A stretch of 60,335 nucleotides of DNA from a virus. Its lineage: Duplodnaviria; Caudoviricetes. Position numbers and translations under genes: made by a program. The stretch covers positions 1 to 60,335 of IMG/VR virus record IMGVR_UViG_3300034418_003568; one strand, given 5' to 3'. Under the pieces are notes generated by a model, which worked only from the letters and a program-made list of their open reading frames with translations, was not told the DNA's origin and did not search any database. Shown here piece by piece: positions 10,126 to 18,783 of this stretch; position 1 is the first letter of the stretch; each line of letters begins with the position of its first letter.

Positions 10126-10527
10126 ATGTGGCAACAACTTCTACCTTTCGCTGCCAAGATTGTTGACAAACTGATTCCCGATCCCGAAGCCAAAGCCAAG
10201 GCGCAAATGGATTTAGCGAAGTTAGCCCAAGAGGGCGAGCTTCTAAAGATGGCGAATGAGACGGAACTTTACAAAGCCGAGCAAGATAACGTCACCCATC
10301 GATGGCAGGCAGATGCTGCTACAAACTCTTGGCTTGCTCAAAACATTCGACCCTTAACCCTAGCCTACATATTGACAGCCTATTTGGGGTTGGCCTTGCT
10401 AGATGGATATGGAATCAAGGTGGCTGAAGCGTATGTCACCTTGCTTGGACAATGGGGCATGTTGGTGATGTCGGCTTACTTTGGGGGGCGCACTTTAGAA
10501 AAGATTATGGACGCGAGGAAGAAGTAA
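10126..10527 (+). CDS. Holin (GTA-type 3TM holin-like)
   Basis: DKLIPDP.AK...W.AD...SWL..NIRP...AYFGGR; directly upstream of the endolysin. Confidence 0.8.
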   Translation: MWQQLLPFAAKIVDKLIPDPEAKAKAQMDLAKLAQEGELLKMANETELYKAEQDNVTHRWQADAATNSWLAQNIRPLTLAYILTAYLGLALLDGYGIKVAEAYVTLLGQWGMLVMSAYFGGRTLEKIMDARKK

Positions 10528-10901
10528 TGGATTGGGGACTTTATCCAAACTTTAAAGCTGAAGAGTTCGATTGTTCCCACTGCGGCAAGAACGAGATGAA
10601 GCCTGAGTTTATGGCAAAGCTCCAAGTTCTGCGTATGCGGTATGGCAAGCCAATGCGTATCACATCAGGATACAGATGCCCTAAACATTCAATTGAAGCC
10701 AAGAAACCAAAACCCGGCGCACATGCGAGTGGCTGTGCTTGCGATATTGGAGTGGATGGACAGCAGGCTTATGAACTGATGAAGCATGCTTTTGCTTTGG
10801 GCTTCAAAGGTATCGGGGTTAGCCAGAAATCAGGTGGCCCTCGCTTTATCCATTTGGATACATTAGAGGAATCTCCCAGACCCAATGTGTGGTCTTATTG
10901 A
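10527..10901 (+). CDS. Endolysin, peptidase M15 family
   Basis: F...EF.C.HCG, ITSGYRC, H..G.A.DI and FIHLD motifs. Confidence 0.9.
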   Translation: MDWGLYPNFKAEEFDCSHCGKNEMKPEFMAKLQVLRMRYGKPMRITSGYRCPKHSIEAKKPKPGAHASGCACDIGVDGQQAYELMKHAFALGFKGIGVSQKSGGPRFIHLDTLEESPRPNVWSY

Positions 10902-10921
10902 TTTATGCGTCGGGGGTTGTC

Positions 10922-11218
10922 ATGCGATCAGATGGAATACCAGAGCGGTTTCAGCTAGCCGGTCATACCATTCAAGTTAAAACTGTCACCCCGTCGAAGT
11001 GGAAGCATCCTAAAAAATGCGTGGGAATGTGGATTCCTGATAAATACGAAATCCACATTTTAAGTACTTGCAAGGGAACTAATCGCCAGCAGGTGTGGGC
11101 GCATGAAGCCATCCACGCCATGCTTGAGATTGCTGGTCATGATGACCTCTCCCGCGATGAGCAGTTGGTGGATCGATTAGGTCACTTGTTGCAACAGATG
11201 TTAACGACGATGGAATGA
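10922..11218 (+). CDS. Small HExxH metallopeptidase-like protein
   Basis: HEAIHA motif and a downstream E..VD. Confidence 0.6.
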   Translation: MRSDGIPERFQLAGHTIQVKTVTPSKWKHPKKCVGMWIPDKYEIHILSTCKGTNRQQVWAHEAIHAMLEIAGHDDLSRDEQLVDRLGHLLQQMLTTME

Positions 11219-11219
11219 T

Positions 11220-12227
11220 ATGCCTAAGTACTGTTCTGACGAAGAATTTATTGCGGCTTGGCACCGACTAGGTTCAGCCAAAAAAGTAGCAACAGCTTTA
11301 AAGATCGCCCATCGATCCGTGTTTATAAGACGGCGCGACATCGAAACACGATACGGTATTGTGCTGAAATACACAGGAACCAACGGTGTCAGCAAAACAA
11401 AAGTATCTAAACAGGCTGCGATAGGGCGAAAGGCGGAGCAGTTAGCTGCGACACGGGCGCGTGTATACGAGCGGGATATACAACTAGACTGCACTAATGG
11501 TGTAGTGATGATCGCTTCGGACTGCCATTACTGGCCCGGAATTGTCTCTGAAGCCCACAAAGCGTTCTGCAAGTTAGCTAAACAACTTAGTCCACATACC
11601 GTCATCTTGAACGGGGACATCTTGGACGGAGCAAGAATCAGTCGGCATGACCGGTCTTTGTGGCAAAAGCTGCCCACTGTTAAGGAAGAAATCCACTCCG
11701 TTCAAGATCGTTGTGCAGAGATCGAACGGGCTTCTGGCAAGGCGGCTTTGGTACGCACCATAGGTAACCACGACTCTCGTTTCGAGAACTATCTCTGTCG
11801 GTCGGCTCCTGAAATGGAGGAGATGATGGGAACCACCCTGCTTGATTATCTCCCTCGTTGGAGAGCGGGTTGGGCGGTGCATTTAAACCCCGGCACGGAT
11901 GGATGGGTGGCGGTTCGCCATAGACCTGTGGGGGGTGGCGTTCACTCAGCCTATAACAGTACATTGAAATCTGGTGTACATTATGTACACGGGCATCTCC
12001 ATAAACTGGAGGTTAAACCTTGGTCTGATTACCGAGGTCGCCGGTACGGTATCGACTGTGGAACCTTAGCGGAACCACAGGGACCGCAATTTGACTACAC
12101 CGAAGCTGCGCCTTTGAACTGGGCCTCCGGCTTTGTGGTACTGACGTTTAAGGACGGATACCTGCTCCCTCCTGATATCTGCGTGGTAGAGCGCGGTCAG
12201 GCTTGGTTCAGGGGTCAAACTGTTTAG
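11220..12227 (+). CDS. Calcineurin-like metallophosphoesterase with N-terminal HTH
   Basis: SDCH, NGDILD, GNHD and HGHLH motifs. Confidence 0.85.
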   Translation: MPKYCSDEEFIAAWHRLGSAKKVATALKIAHRSVFIRRRDIETRYGIVLKYTGTNGVSKTKVSKQAAIGRKAEQLAATRARVYERDIQLDCTNGVVMIASDCHYWPGIVSEAHKAFCKLAKQLSPHTVILNGDILDGARISRHDRSLWQKLPTVKEEIHSVQDRCAEIERASGKAALVRTIGNHDSRFENYLCRSAPEMEEMMGTTLLDYLPRWRAGWAVHLNPGTDGWVAVRHRPVGGGVHSAYNSTLKSGVHYVHGHLHKLEVKPWSDYRGRRYGIDCGTLAEPQGPQFDYTEAAPLNWASGFVVLTFKDGYLLPPDICVVERGQAWFRGQTV

Positions 12228-12236
12228 GTTTAAACG

Positions 12237-14534
12237 ATGCCTTTATCCAAAATCCAATTCAAACCCGGCGTTAACAGAGAGACCACCAACTATGCAAACG
12301 AAGGTGGATTCTATGTGTCGGAGAAGGTCAGGTTCCGAGGGGGATTTGCCCAGAAGATTGGGGGTTGGGTCAATATCGGGGATGGTACCTTTCAAGGTGT
12401 TCCTCGTTCCTTATGGAACTGGGTCACGATCAACAGCCAAAACCTGTTGGGTGTGGGAACCAACCAGAAGTTCTATGTTGAACTAGGTGGTACCTACAAT
12501 GACATTACTCCGATTGCTAACACAGTCAGTTTAACGATTAATCCTTTTACGACTACCGTAGGTAGCCGAAGTATTAGTGTTGCTGCCACCGCTCACGGAA
12601 CCACGATTGGTTCCTTTGTGACCTTTACAGGCGCAACGTCCATGACGGTAGGCGGATCAAGCCTAACTGTTGCTGGCGAATATGAAGTCATTTCGGTTCC
12701 CAGCGCCAACACATTTACGATCTTTGGGCCTTCTATTACTGCTTCCAGTGTGACGGGCGGTGGTTCCCATGTGGTCGGGGAATACCAGATTGATGCAGGC
12801 CCAGCCGTTTATACGACCCAAGTAGGATGGGGTGGACCGCCTTTTGGTTTTGGAGGTTGGGGTTCCAGTGATCCGCAAGGTGTGTCACTTCGTTTGTGGT
12901 CACAGTTTAACTACGGTGATGACCTGATTTTTGCAGAAAGACGGGGCGATATTTTCTACTGGGAAAACGACACTTCGACTTGGGCAAGAGCGGTCACTCT
13001 CCAAGAAACCGCAGATGGGATCATCAAGTTTTCGACCACCGGAACATGGGCATCAAGTGCTACGACCCTAACGGTTGCGGATGCGACGGGCATTAACACG
13101 GGCGCGGTAGTGACAGGATCAGGCATTCCCTCTGGCGCGTATGTGTTAGAAACATGGAATGGCGGATTAACCGTTCCTATTTCTGCAACCACCACCGCCT
13201 CTGGAACCGTTGCTGATTTAGATTTCAGCTATGCAGGAAGACATGTTCCCAACCAAACTAACTTGGTTATCGGATCTCCGGTTAACGACTTCACGATTTG
13301 TTTGGGATCTAATCCTTATAGTCCAGTAGATTTTGCCACTGACTTTGATCCTTTATTAGTTCGCTGGTCAGATCAGGACGCACCATGGGAATGGGTTCCT
13401 GAAACCACCAACCAGTCTGGTGAACGGCGTATCTCTAACGGATCTGAGATCGTAACGGGTATCAATACTCGTCAAGAGATCTTGGTCTTAACAGATACCG
13501 CTTTGTATTCCATGCAGTATTTGGGTCCACCTTTTGTGTGGGGATTCAATCTACTAGACCAAGACATTTCGATTGCTTCGCAGAATGCAATTATTTCTGT
13601 CAACAACAATGTCTATTGGATGGGAACGGATAAGTTCTTTATCTACAATGGTCGCGTTCAAACATTACCCTGCACGATCCGTCAGCATATTTTCAGCACC
13701 TTAAATGGTGATCAGATTGATCAGGTAGTGTGCGGCAACAACGAAGCGTTCAGCGAGGTGTGGTGGTTTTACCCCGGCACCGGTAGCAATGTGAATGACC
13801 GCTTTGCAATCTATAACTATCAAGAGAATGTGTGGTCATATGGATCATTGAGTCGAACCGCTTTTGCTCCGCAAACGATTCGGCAATATGCAATGATGGC
13901 TTTTGGTATTCAGACTTCTTATTTGGACAGCGCCATTGACAGTTCCGTCACCACCATATCGGTCATTAATGCATCGTCTTATCCGCCTTCCGGAACAGTT
14001 CAGATTGATGCTGAAGAGATTACATATGCCGGTATTAGTGGTAGTTCTCTTACCGATTGTGTTCGTGGTGTTAATGGTACTACTGCTGCTTCGCATACTA
14101 TTGACACCGTTGTTTCATTGGTGGCCCCAAACCAAGTAATGTTCCATGAGGTTGGTTGGGATGATGTCTCAACGGGAACCGCACAGCCGATTGAAGCCTA
14201 CATTGAATCCTCTGACTTCGACATTGGCGACGGCGAGTCTTTCCAATTTGTCTCTCGAATCATTCCTGATGTGAAGTTCTTGGGATCAAGCACCAATACT
14301 CCAGCGGTTACCTTATCTCTTTATCCCAGAAACTACCCCGGCTCACCTTACGGAACCCCTGATTCAGATGCGGTGACTGCGACGGTGGTGTTGCCGATAG
14401 AGCAGTACACAGAGCAGGTGTACACCCGTGTTAGAGCTAGACAGATTGCATTCCGAATTGCATCAACTGCATTGGGGGTGTCATGGCAGTTAGGTGCCAT
14501 GCGTTTAGACATTAGACCGGATGGCAAGCGATGA
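12237..14534 (+). CDS. Tail tubular/DNA stabilization protein (P22 gp10-like)
   Basis: VRWSDQ, ILVLTD.ALYSMQY, EVWWFYP, C-terminal RLDIRPDGKR. Confidence 0.75.
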   Translation: MPLSKIQFKPGVNRETTNYANEGGFYVSEKVRFRGGFAQKIGGWVNIGDGTFQGVPRSLWNWVTINSQNLLGVGTNQKFYVELGGTYNDITPIANTVSLTINPFTTTVGSRSISVAATAHGTTIGSFVTFTGATSMTVGGSSLTVAGEYEVISVPSANTFTIFGPSITASSVTGGGSHVVGEYQIDAGPAVYTTQVGWGGPPFGFGGWGSSDPQGVSLRLWSQFNYGDDLIFAERRGDIFYWENDTSTWARAVTLQETADGIIKFSTTGTWASSATTLTVADATGINTGAVVTGSGIPSGAYVLETWNGGLTVPISATTTASGTVADLDFSYAGRHVPNQTNLVIGSPVNDFTICLGSNPYSPVDFATDFDPLLVRWSDQDAPWEWVPETTNQSGERRISNGSEIVTGINTRQEILVLTDTALYSMQYLGPPFVWGFNLLDQDISIASQNAIISVNNNVYWMGTDKFFIYNGRVQTLPCTIRQHIFSTLNGDQIDQVVCGNNEAFSEVWWFYPGTGSNVNDRFAIYNYQENVWSYGSLSRTAFAPQTIRQYAMMAFGIQTSYLDSAIDSSVTTISVINASSYPPSGTVQIDAEEITYAGISGSSLTDCVRGVNGTTAASHTIDTVVSLVAPNQVMFHEVGWDDVSTGTAQPIEAYIESSDFDIGDGESFQFVSRIIPDVKFLGSSTNTPAVTLSLYPRNYPGSPYGTPDSDAVTATVVLPIEQYTEQVYTRVRARQIAFRIASTALGVSWQLGAMRLDIRPDGKR

Positions 14535-15130
14535 CAGTTCCTCGCGGTGTGGTTCCCCCTAACTTACCGGTCGCCACTGACCAGTATGAAAGGCGCTATC
14601 AAGATCAATTGTCGAATGTTCTGCGTTTGTTCTTTAGTTCTTTAACGAACCGCATTAACTCTCCTACCCCTCACGCATCCTATTTTGATACGACTACCCA
14701 AACCAATCCTGTCGCAGATGCGGTGAATTTATTCACCTATAATTCAGTCGAAACAGAATTTCAAATTACAAGAGGAACCCCGACCTCCAAGATTATTGTC
14801 GCAAATACGGGCATATATAACTTTCAATTTTCAGCCCAGCTAGATAAGACTGGTGGATCGGCTACGGATGTATACATATGGTGCCGTATCAATGGGGTAA
14901 ATGTACCTAACTCTTGCATTAAAGTCGTGATTGACGGACCTAACAACGAAATAGTTCCAGCATGGAACTATGTGTTAGTTCTTAAAGCAGGCGACTATTT
15001 TGAGTTGGCATGGCAGTCTGCGGATACGGATGTGATTATCCTAGAGCAAGCGGCTGTTAGTAACTATCCTGAAATTCCATCCATCATCATGACTGTCACT
15101 TGGGTCTCTAACTATGCGTCTAACGAGTGA
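14531..15130 (+). CDS. Putative tail structural protein
   Basis: P.LP....QY N-terminus; GIYNFQFSAQ beta-sandwich. Confidence 0.6.
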   Translation: MTVPRGVVPPNLPVATDQYERRYQDQLSNVLRLFFSSLTNRINSPTPHASYFDTTTQTNPVADAVNLFTYNSVETEFQITRGTPTSKIIVANTGIYNFQFSAQLDKTGGSATDVYIWCRINGVNVPNSCIKVVIDGPNNEIVPAWNYVLVLKAGDYFELAWQSADTDVIILEQAAVSNYPEIPSIIMTVTWVSNYASNE

Positions 15131-15203
15131 TGTCGTTGAAATTTAAACGCTTTTACACCAGAATCACGGGAACCGTGGCTCCCATTTGACAAGAGGAATC
15201 GCC

Positions 15204-17867
15204 ATGTATAACGCACCATATCAGGGAGTCGCTAACAATCTGGCCCAGTACGGCAGATACGGTGATTCGATGTTAGTCCACATGAACCCGATTGAGGTTC
15301 AGGGTTTGGCGGCTCTATCGCCCACAGGAAATCTCACTTTCAATCCTGTAACAGGGCAACCTGAAGCGTTCTTGCCGTTCCTTGCTCCGTTGTTGGGATC
15401 GTTCCTTGGGGGTTCTCTCCTCACAGGTTCCACCCTTGGCGGGTTACTGGGAACCGGATTGAGTAAAGCAGCAGCCGCTGCGATTGGATCGGGTCTTGCT
15501 CAGACCGCCGCAACCGGTGATTTGAAAGAAGGCATCATGGCGGGTATCACCGGCTATGGTTTGGGCAGAGTCCTTCAAGCAGGTGATATATCAAAGGCTT
15601 TACCTGACGCAGGGTCTGCTACTACAGCTCCTTCAGTGACCGAAGCAGCCACGACTCTTCCTGATGCGGCAACTGAGTTTGCTAACTTAGGATTTCCTGA
15701 TTCAACAGTGGGAGCTTTACCGCCTACTCCAGTTACGCCAAATGTTCCTACACCTACTGCATCCGGCTTTAATTATTCAGCGGCTGCTCAAGAGCTAATG
15801 AAGCCCGGTACATTCCTCCCTATCTACACGGGAGTGAGTTCTTCTGAAGCGATGCGTCAGCAAGAAGAGTTAGATCGCATTGCAAAAGAACAAGGCTTGA
15901 GTGAAGAAGAAGCCAAGCGTAAGTACGAAGCGGATGCTCAACGAGCGATCTCAACCGCTATGCGAGATTATCCACAGCTACGTCCTCGCGGGATGGCAGC
16001 AGGTGGAAAAGTTGAGGGATATCAAGAAGGTGGAGACATTTTCAACATGTATGGTTTAGATAATATGTCGGGTGGTTTCTATAGCACCCCATATGGTCAA
16101 TCAAATCCTTCTGATATCCAGAGTTCCTTGCGTGGACCGATTAGTGTGGCGGCACCTTACGCCAGCTACAATGCTTTGGATGTGGGCGGTCGAGGATATA
16201 TGCCGGGTATTGCACCCGAGTTCCAATACTTCCGTCGCCCAGATGAACTCTACCCTACCACCTACGGCGGCGGTATGCCCGGTGGTAAAGGCGGCGGTAT
16301 GCGCGGCGGATTCGGGGGCGGATTCGGCGGCATGCCCGGTGGTAAAGGCGGTGGCATGGGGGGTGGCTATGGCGGTCAATTTGGTGGCGGCTATGGCAGT
16401 CCTTATGGCGGCGGAATGCCGGGTGGTAAGGGTGGAGTCCCAAGTAGTCCCTATGTCTCTGGGTTTGGCAACCAATATGGAATGAACCAGCGTGCTGGGT
16501 TCCAAGACATGTATGGCGGATTTGGTAGCCAATATGGAGATATCGGGAACCAGTTCGGTGGAGGATCTTCTCAGCAACTAGGGTTGCCGGGTGGTCAGAT
16601 GTTCACCCCGTCCCGTTATGAAAATAGCTACAACCGTTTCCTTCAGAGCGGTCAACCGTTTAACCAGCCTGTGATGGGCTATGACACCTACGGTCAGATC
16701 TTCTCGCAACCCGAAAGACCACAGGCTTCTAGCTTTGGCGGAAAGGGTGGTCCGCAGCTTAGACGGGAACCGGTCCGTAGCTTTGGCGGAAAGGGTGGTC
16801 CGCAGCTTAAAGAAGACTACGGGCAAAATCTTAGACCTGTTCGTGATACCCAACCTCGACCTGAGCCTGCACAACCTGAGCCTTATGTAGATCCCTATCA
16901 GAATGCAAAACGTGACATCATAAGCGGATCTTTCTTGGACCTCCCATCTCGCGGTGGTTCACAGCCCACCGCTCAGACTGGCGGAACTGCTTCAGGTAAC
17001 GCCGCCAACCCAGCCTTTCAAGGCCAACAGGATATTTACAACATGAGTCCTTACCAAAGACTCATGATGCAAGATCAAATGCGTGGTCAACTTGGTTCAG
17101 GCGGTCTTGGCCTTGGCGGAATGCCAACTCCCAAAGCTAGTGATTTAGAGATCGCTAGATCGCTAGGCTACACCGGAGGGCCGGGGCTTATCCGTGATAT
17201 GCGAGCCAGAACGCCTGAAGAGTACAGACAAGAAGAAGAAAGTAATAATCGTCTTGCAAGAGACTATTTAAACAGTATTGGATATGGTCAGTCTGGGTTT
17301 GATTCTTCTAAATATGAAGTCAGGCCCACTCGCAATGAACCGGTAAATTTACAAAAAAGTATCTTTAGTGGATTAGCTTTCCAAGAAGGCGGCGAAATTC
17401 CTAACGCAGCTCAAAACATGGAAATGATGATGGCAGATACCATGCCTCAAGGAGAGATGGCTGGCGAATATGACCGGCTTATCCAGATGACCATGCAGGC
17501 AGTGTTGGGTCAGGTCGAGAATCCGGATGAAATCATCCAGATGTTCATCGACGAGTTTGGTGTGGATGCGTTCCGTCAATTGCGGGAAGCTGTACTGAAC
17601 CAACAGGTCCCCGGCGCACAGACCGAAGGAATGGTCGATGGCAATGGGGGCGGCATGGATGATCAAGTGATGGGGATGATTGGGAACCAACGCCCTGTTG
17701 CGGTATCGCCCGGTGAGTACATTATCCCAGCGGATGTGGTCTCAGGATTAGGAGATGGCAGTTCCCAAGGGGGAGCAGACATCCTTGATGAACTCAGCCA
17801 AGCGGTTCGTATGACTCGCACGGGAACCCCTGAGCAACCCCGTCCGTTAATGGAGACTGTTCGGTAA
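15204..17867 (+). CDS. Internal virion/ejection protein with a low-complexity centre
   Basis: GR.GDSMLVHM.P.EV...NP.TG.PEAF N-terminus; G.G.GMDD...S.GEYIIPADVVS.LGDGSS C-terminus; GAGGA RBS. Confidence 0.7.
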   Translation: MYNAPYQGVANNLAQYGRYGDSMLVHMNPIEVQGLAALSPTGNLTFNPVTGQPEAFLPFLAPLLGSFLGGSLLTGSTLGGLLGTGLSKAAAAAIGSGLAQTAATGDLKEGIMAGITGYGLGRVLQAGDISKALPDAGSATTAPSVTEAATTLPDAATEFANLGFPDSTVGALPPTPVTPNVPTPTASGFNYSAAAQELMKPGTFLPIYTGVSSSEAMRQQEELDRIAKEQGLSEEEAKRKYEADAQRAISTAMRDYPQLRPRGMAAGGKVEGYQEGGDIFNMYGLDNMSGGFYSTPYGQSNPSDIQSSLRGPISVAAPYASYNALDVGGRGYMPGIAPEFQYFRRPDELYPTTYGGGMPGGKGGGMRGGFGGGFGGMPGGKGGGMGGGYGGQFGGGYGSPYGGGMPGGKGGVPSSPYVSGFGNQYGMNQRAGFQDMYGGFGSQYGDIGNQFGGGSSQQLGLPGGQMFTPSRYENSYNRFLQSGQPFNQPVMGYDTYGQIFSQPERPQASSFGGKGGPQLRREPVRSFGGKGGPQLKEDYGQNLRPVRDTQPRPEPAQPEPYVDPYQNAKRDIISGSFLDLPSRGGSQPTAQTGGTASGNAANPAFQGQQDIYNMSPYQRLMMQDQMRGQLGSGGLGLGGMPTPKASDLEIARSLGYTGGPGLIRDMRARTPEEYRQEEESNNRLARDYLNSIGYGQSGFDSSKYEVRPTRNEPVNLQKSIFSGLAFQEGGEIPNAAQNMEMMMADTMPQGEMAGEYDRLIQMTMQAVLGQVENPDEIIQMFIDEFGVDAFRQLREAVLNQQVPGAQTEGMVDGNGGGMDDQVMGMIGNQRPVAVSPGEYIIPADVVSGLGDGSSQGGADILDELSQAVRMTRTGTPEQPRPLMETVR

Positions 17868-18322
17868 TGAATGCTGTCGTAGAAGAAACGCCGGTTTATG
17901 TGTCCCTAATTCCACTGGAACATATTGAATCGGCGTGGTCTACGGTAGCCCCTTACATTGAGCCTGCTGTCGAAAGATCCAATGGTCGATGGACCATGGA
18001 CGCTTTAAAGCAGTGGTCGTTGATGGGTGACAAACAAATATGGATTGTCTTTGATGATGACAAGACCGTTCATTGTGTGGCAGTCACCCAGAATGTGGTG
18101 TATCCAGCTTGCAAGATGCTCTCCATCGAATTTTTAGGTGGTGCAGGCTTAGATAAATGGGCGTTTAAACTTCTTGATGTCCTGAACAGTTGGGCTAAGG
18201 ACAGCGGATGCAACGGTATTGAAGCTACCGCAAGGATTGGTTTCTGGAAATGGCTTGAAAAAGATGGATTTGGAAAAGCCTACACGGTATTTGAAAAGCA
18301 TTTTGATGGCAAAGTTGGATAG
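17867..18322 (+). CDS. GNAT acetyltransferase-like protein
   Basis: YP..K.L.I.FLGG..L..W...WAK..GC..IE...R.G pattern. Confidence 0.55.
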   Translation: MNAVVEETPVYVSLIPLEHIESAWSTVAPYIEPAVERSNGRWTMDALKQWSLMGDKQIWIVFDDDKTVHCVAVTQNVVYPACKMLSIEFLGGAGLDKWAFKLLDVLNSWAKDSGCNGIEATARIGFWKWLEKDGFGKAYTVFEKHFDGKVG

Positions 18323-18327
18323 CAATA

Positions 18328-18783
18328 ATGATTGAAAGTGCTGGAAAACTTGAATGGTTTGGTGGCAACGAAGATGCTTTAAACATGTATCGTATGCTGA
18401 TAGATCTAACCCATATATGGGATGATCTTGTTGATAAAGACAGCGATGTTAGTTCTGAAGATGTAAACAGAGCTTTTGCTATTGCCTTAATTTATCTTCC
18501 TTCAAATCCGTTTTATCGAAGCATAGAGTCTGCCGTGATTCCTATGCTTCTAATGTCTCTTTCTGCCTATCAAACAGCAAACCATTTTGAAAAAAACAAA
18601 GACGAGCATGGAATAGAAATAGCGCACATTTTAAGGTACTCAGCAGGACACATAGTTTCTTATGCCGTGAATGTGTGTGTTGGTCCGGTAAAGGCAAAAG
18701 AGTTCATGCCGGAAGTATGGAAAGATATAGTTTTCGAGAGATTCGATGACTATAAAAATGAGGTCATGACCAATGAAAAGTAA
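18328..18783 (+). CDS. Helical protein with a DDxxD motif (isoprenoid synthase-like?)
   Basis: HIWDDLVDKD and LP.NPFY motifs. Confidence 0.45.
   Translation: MIESAGKLEWFGGNEDALNMYRMLIDLTHIWDDLVDKDSDVSSEDVNRAFAIALIYLPSNPFYRSIESAVIPMLLMSLSAYQTANHFEKNKDEHGIEIAHILRYSAGHIVSYAVNVCVGPVKAKEFMPEVWKDIVFERFDDYKNEVMTNEK

Noticed and set aside
15135-15185. Small hairpin or pseudoknot (CACGG/CCGTG, GGGA/TCCC) before the 15204 gene
   Set aside because: Stems are too short to distinguish from chance without homologues
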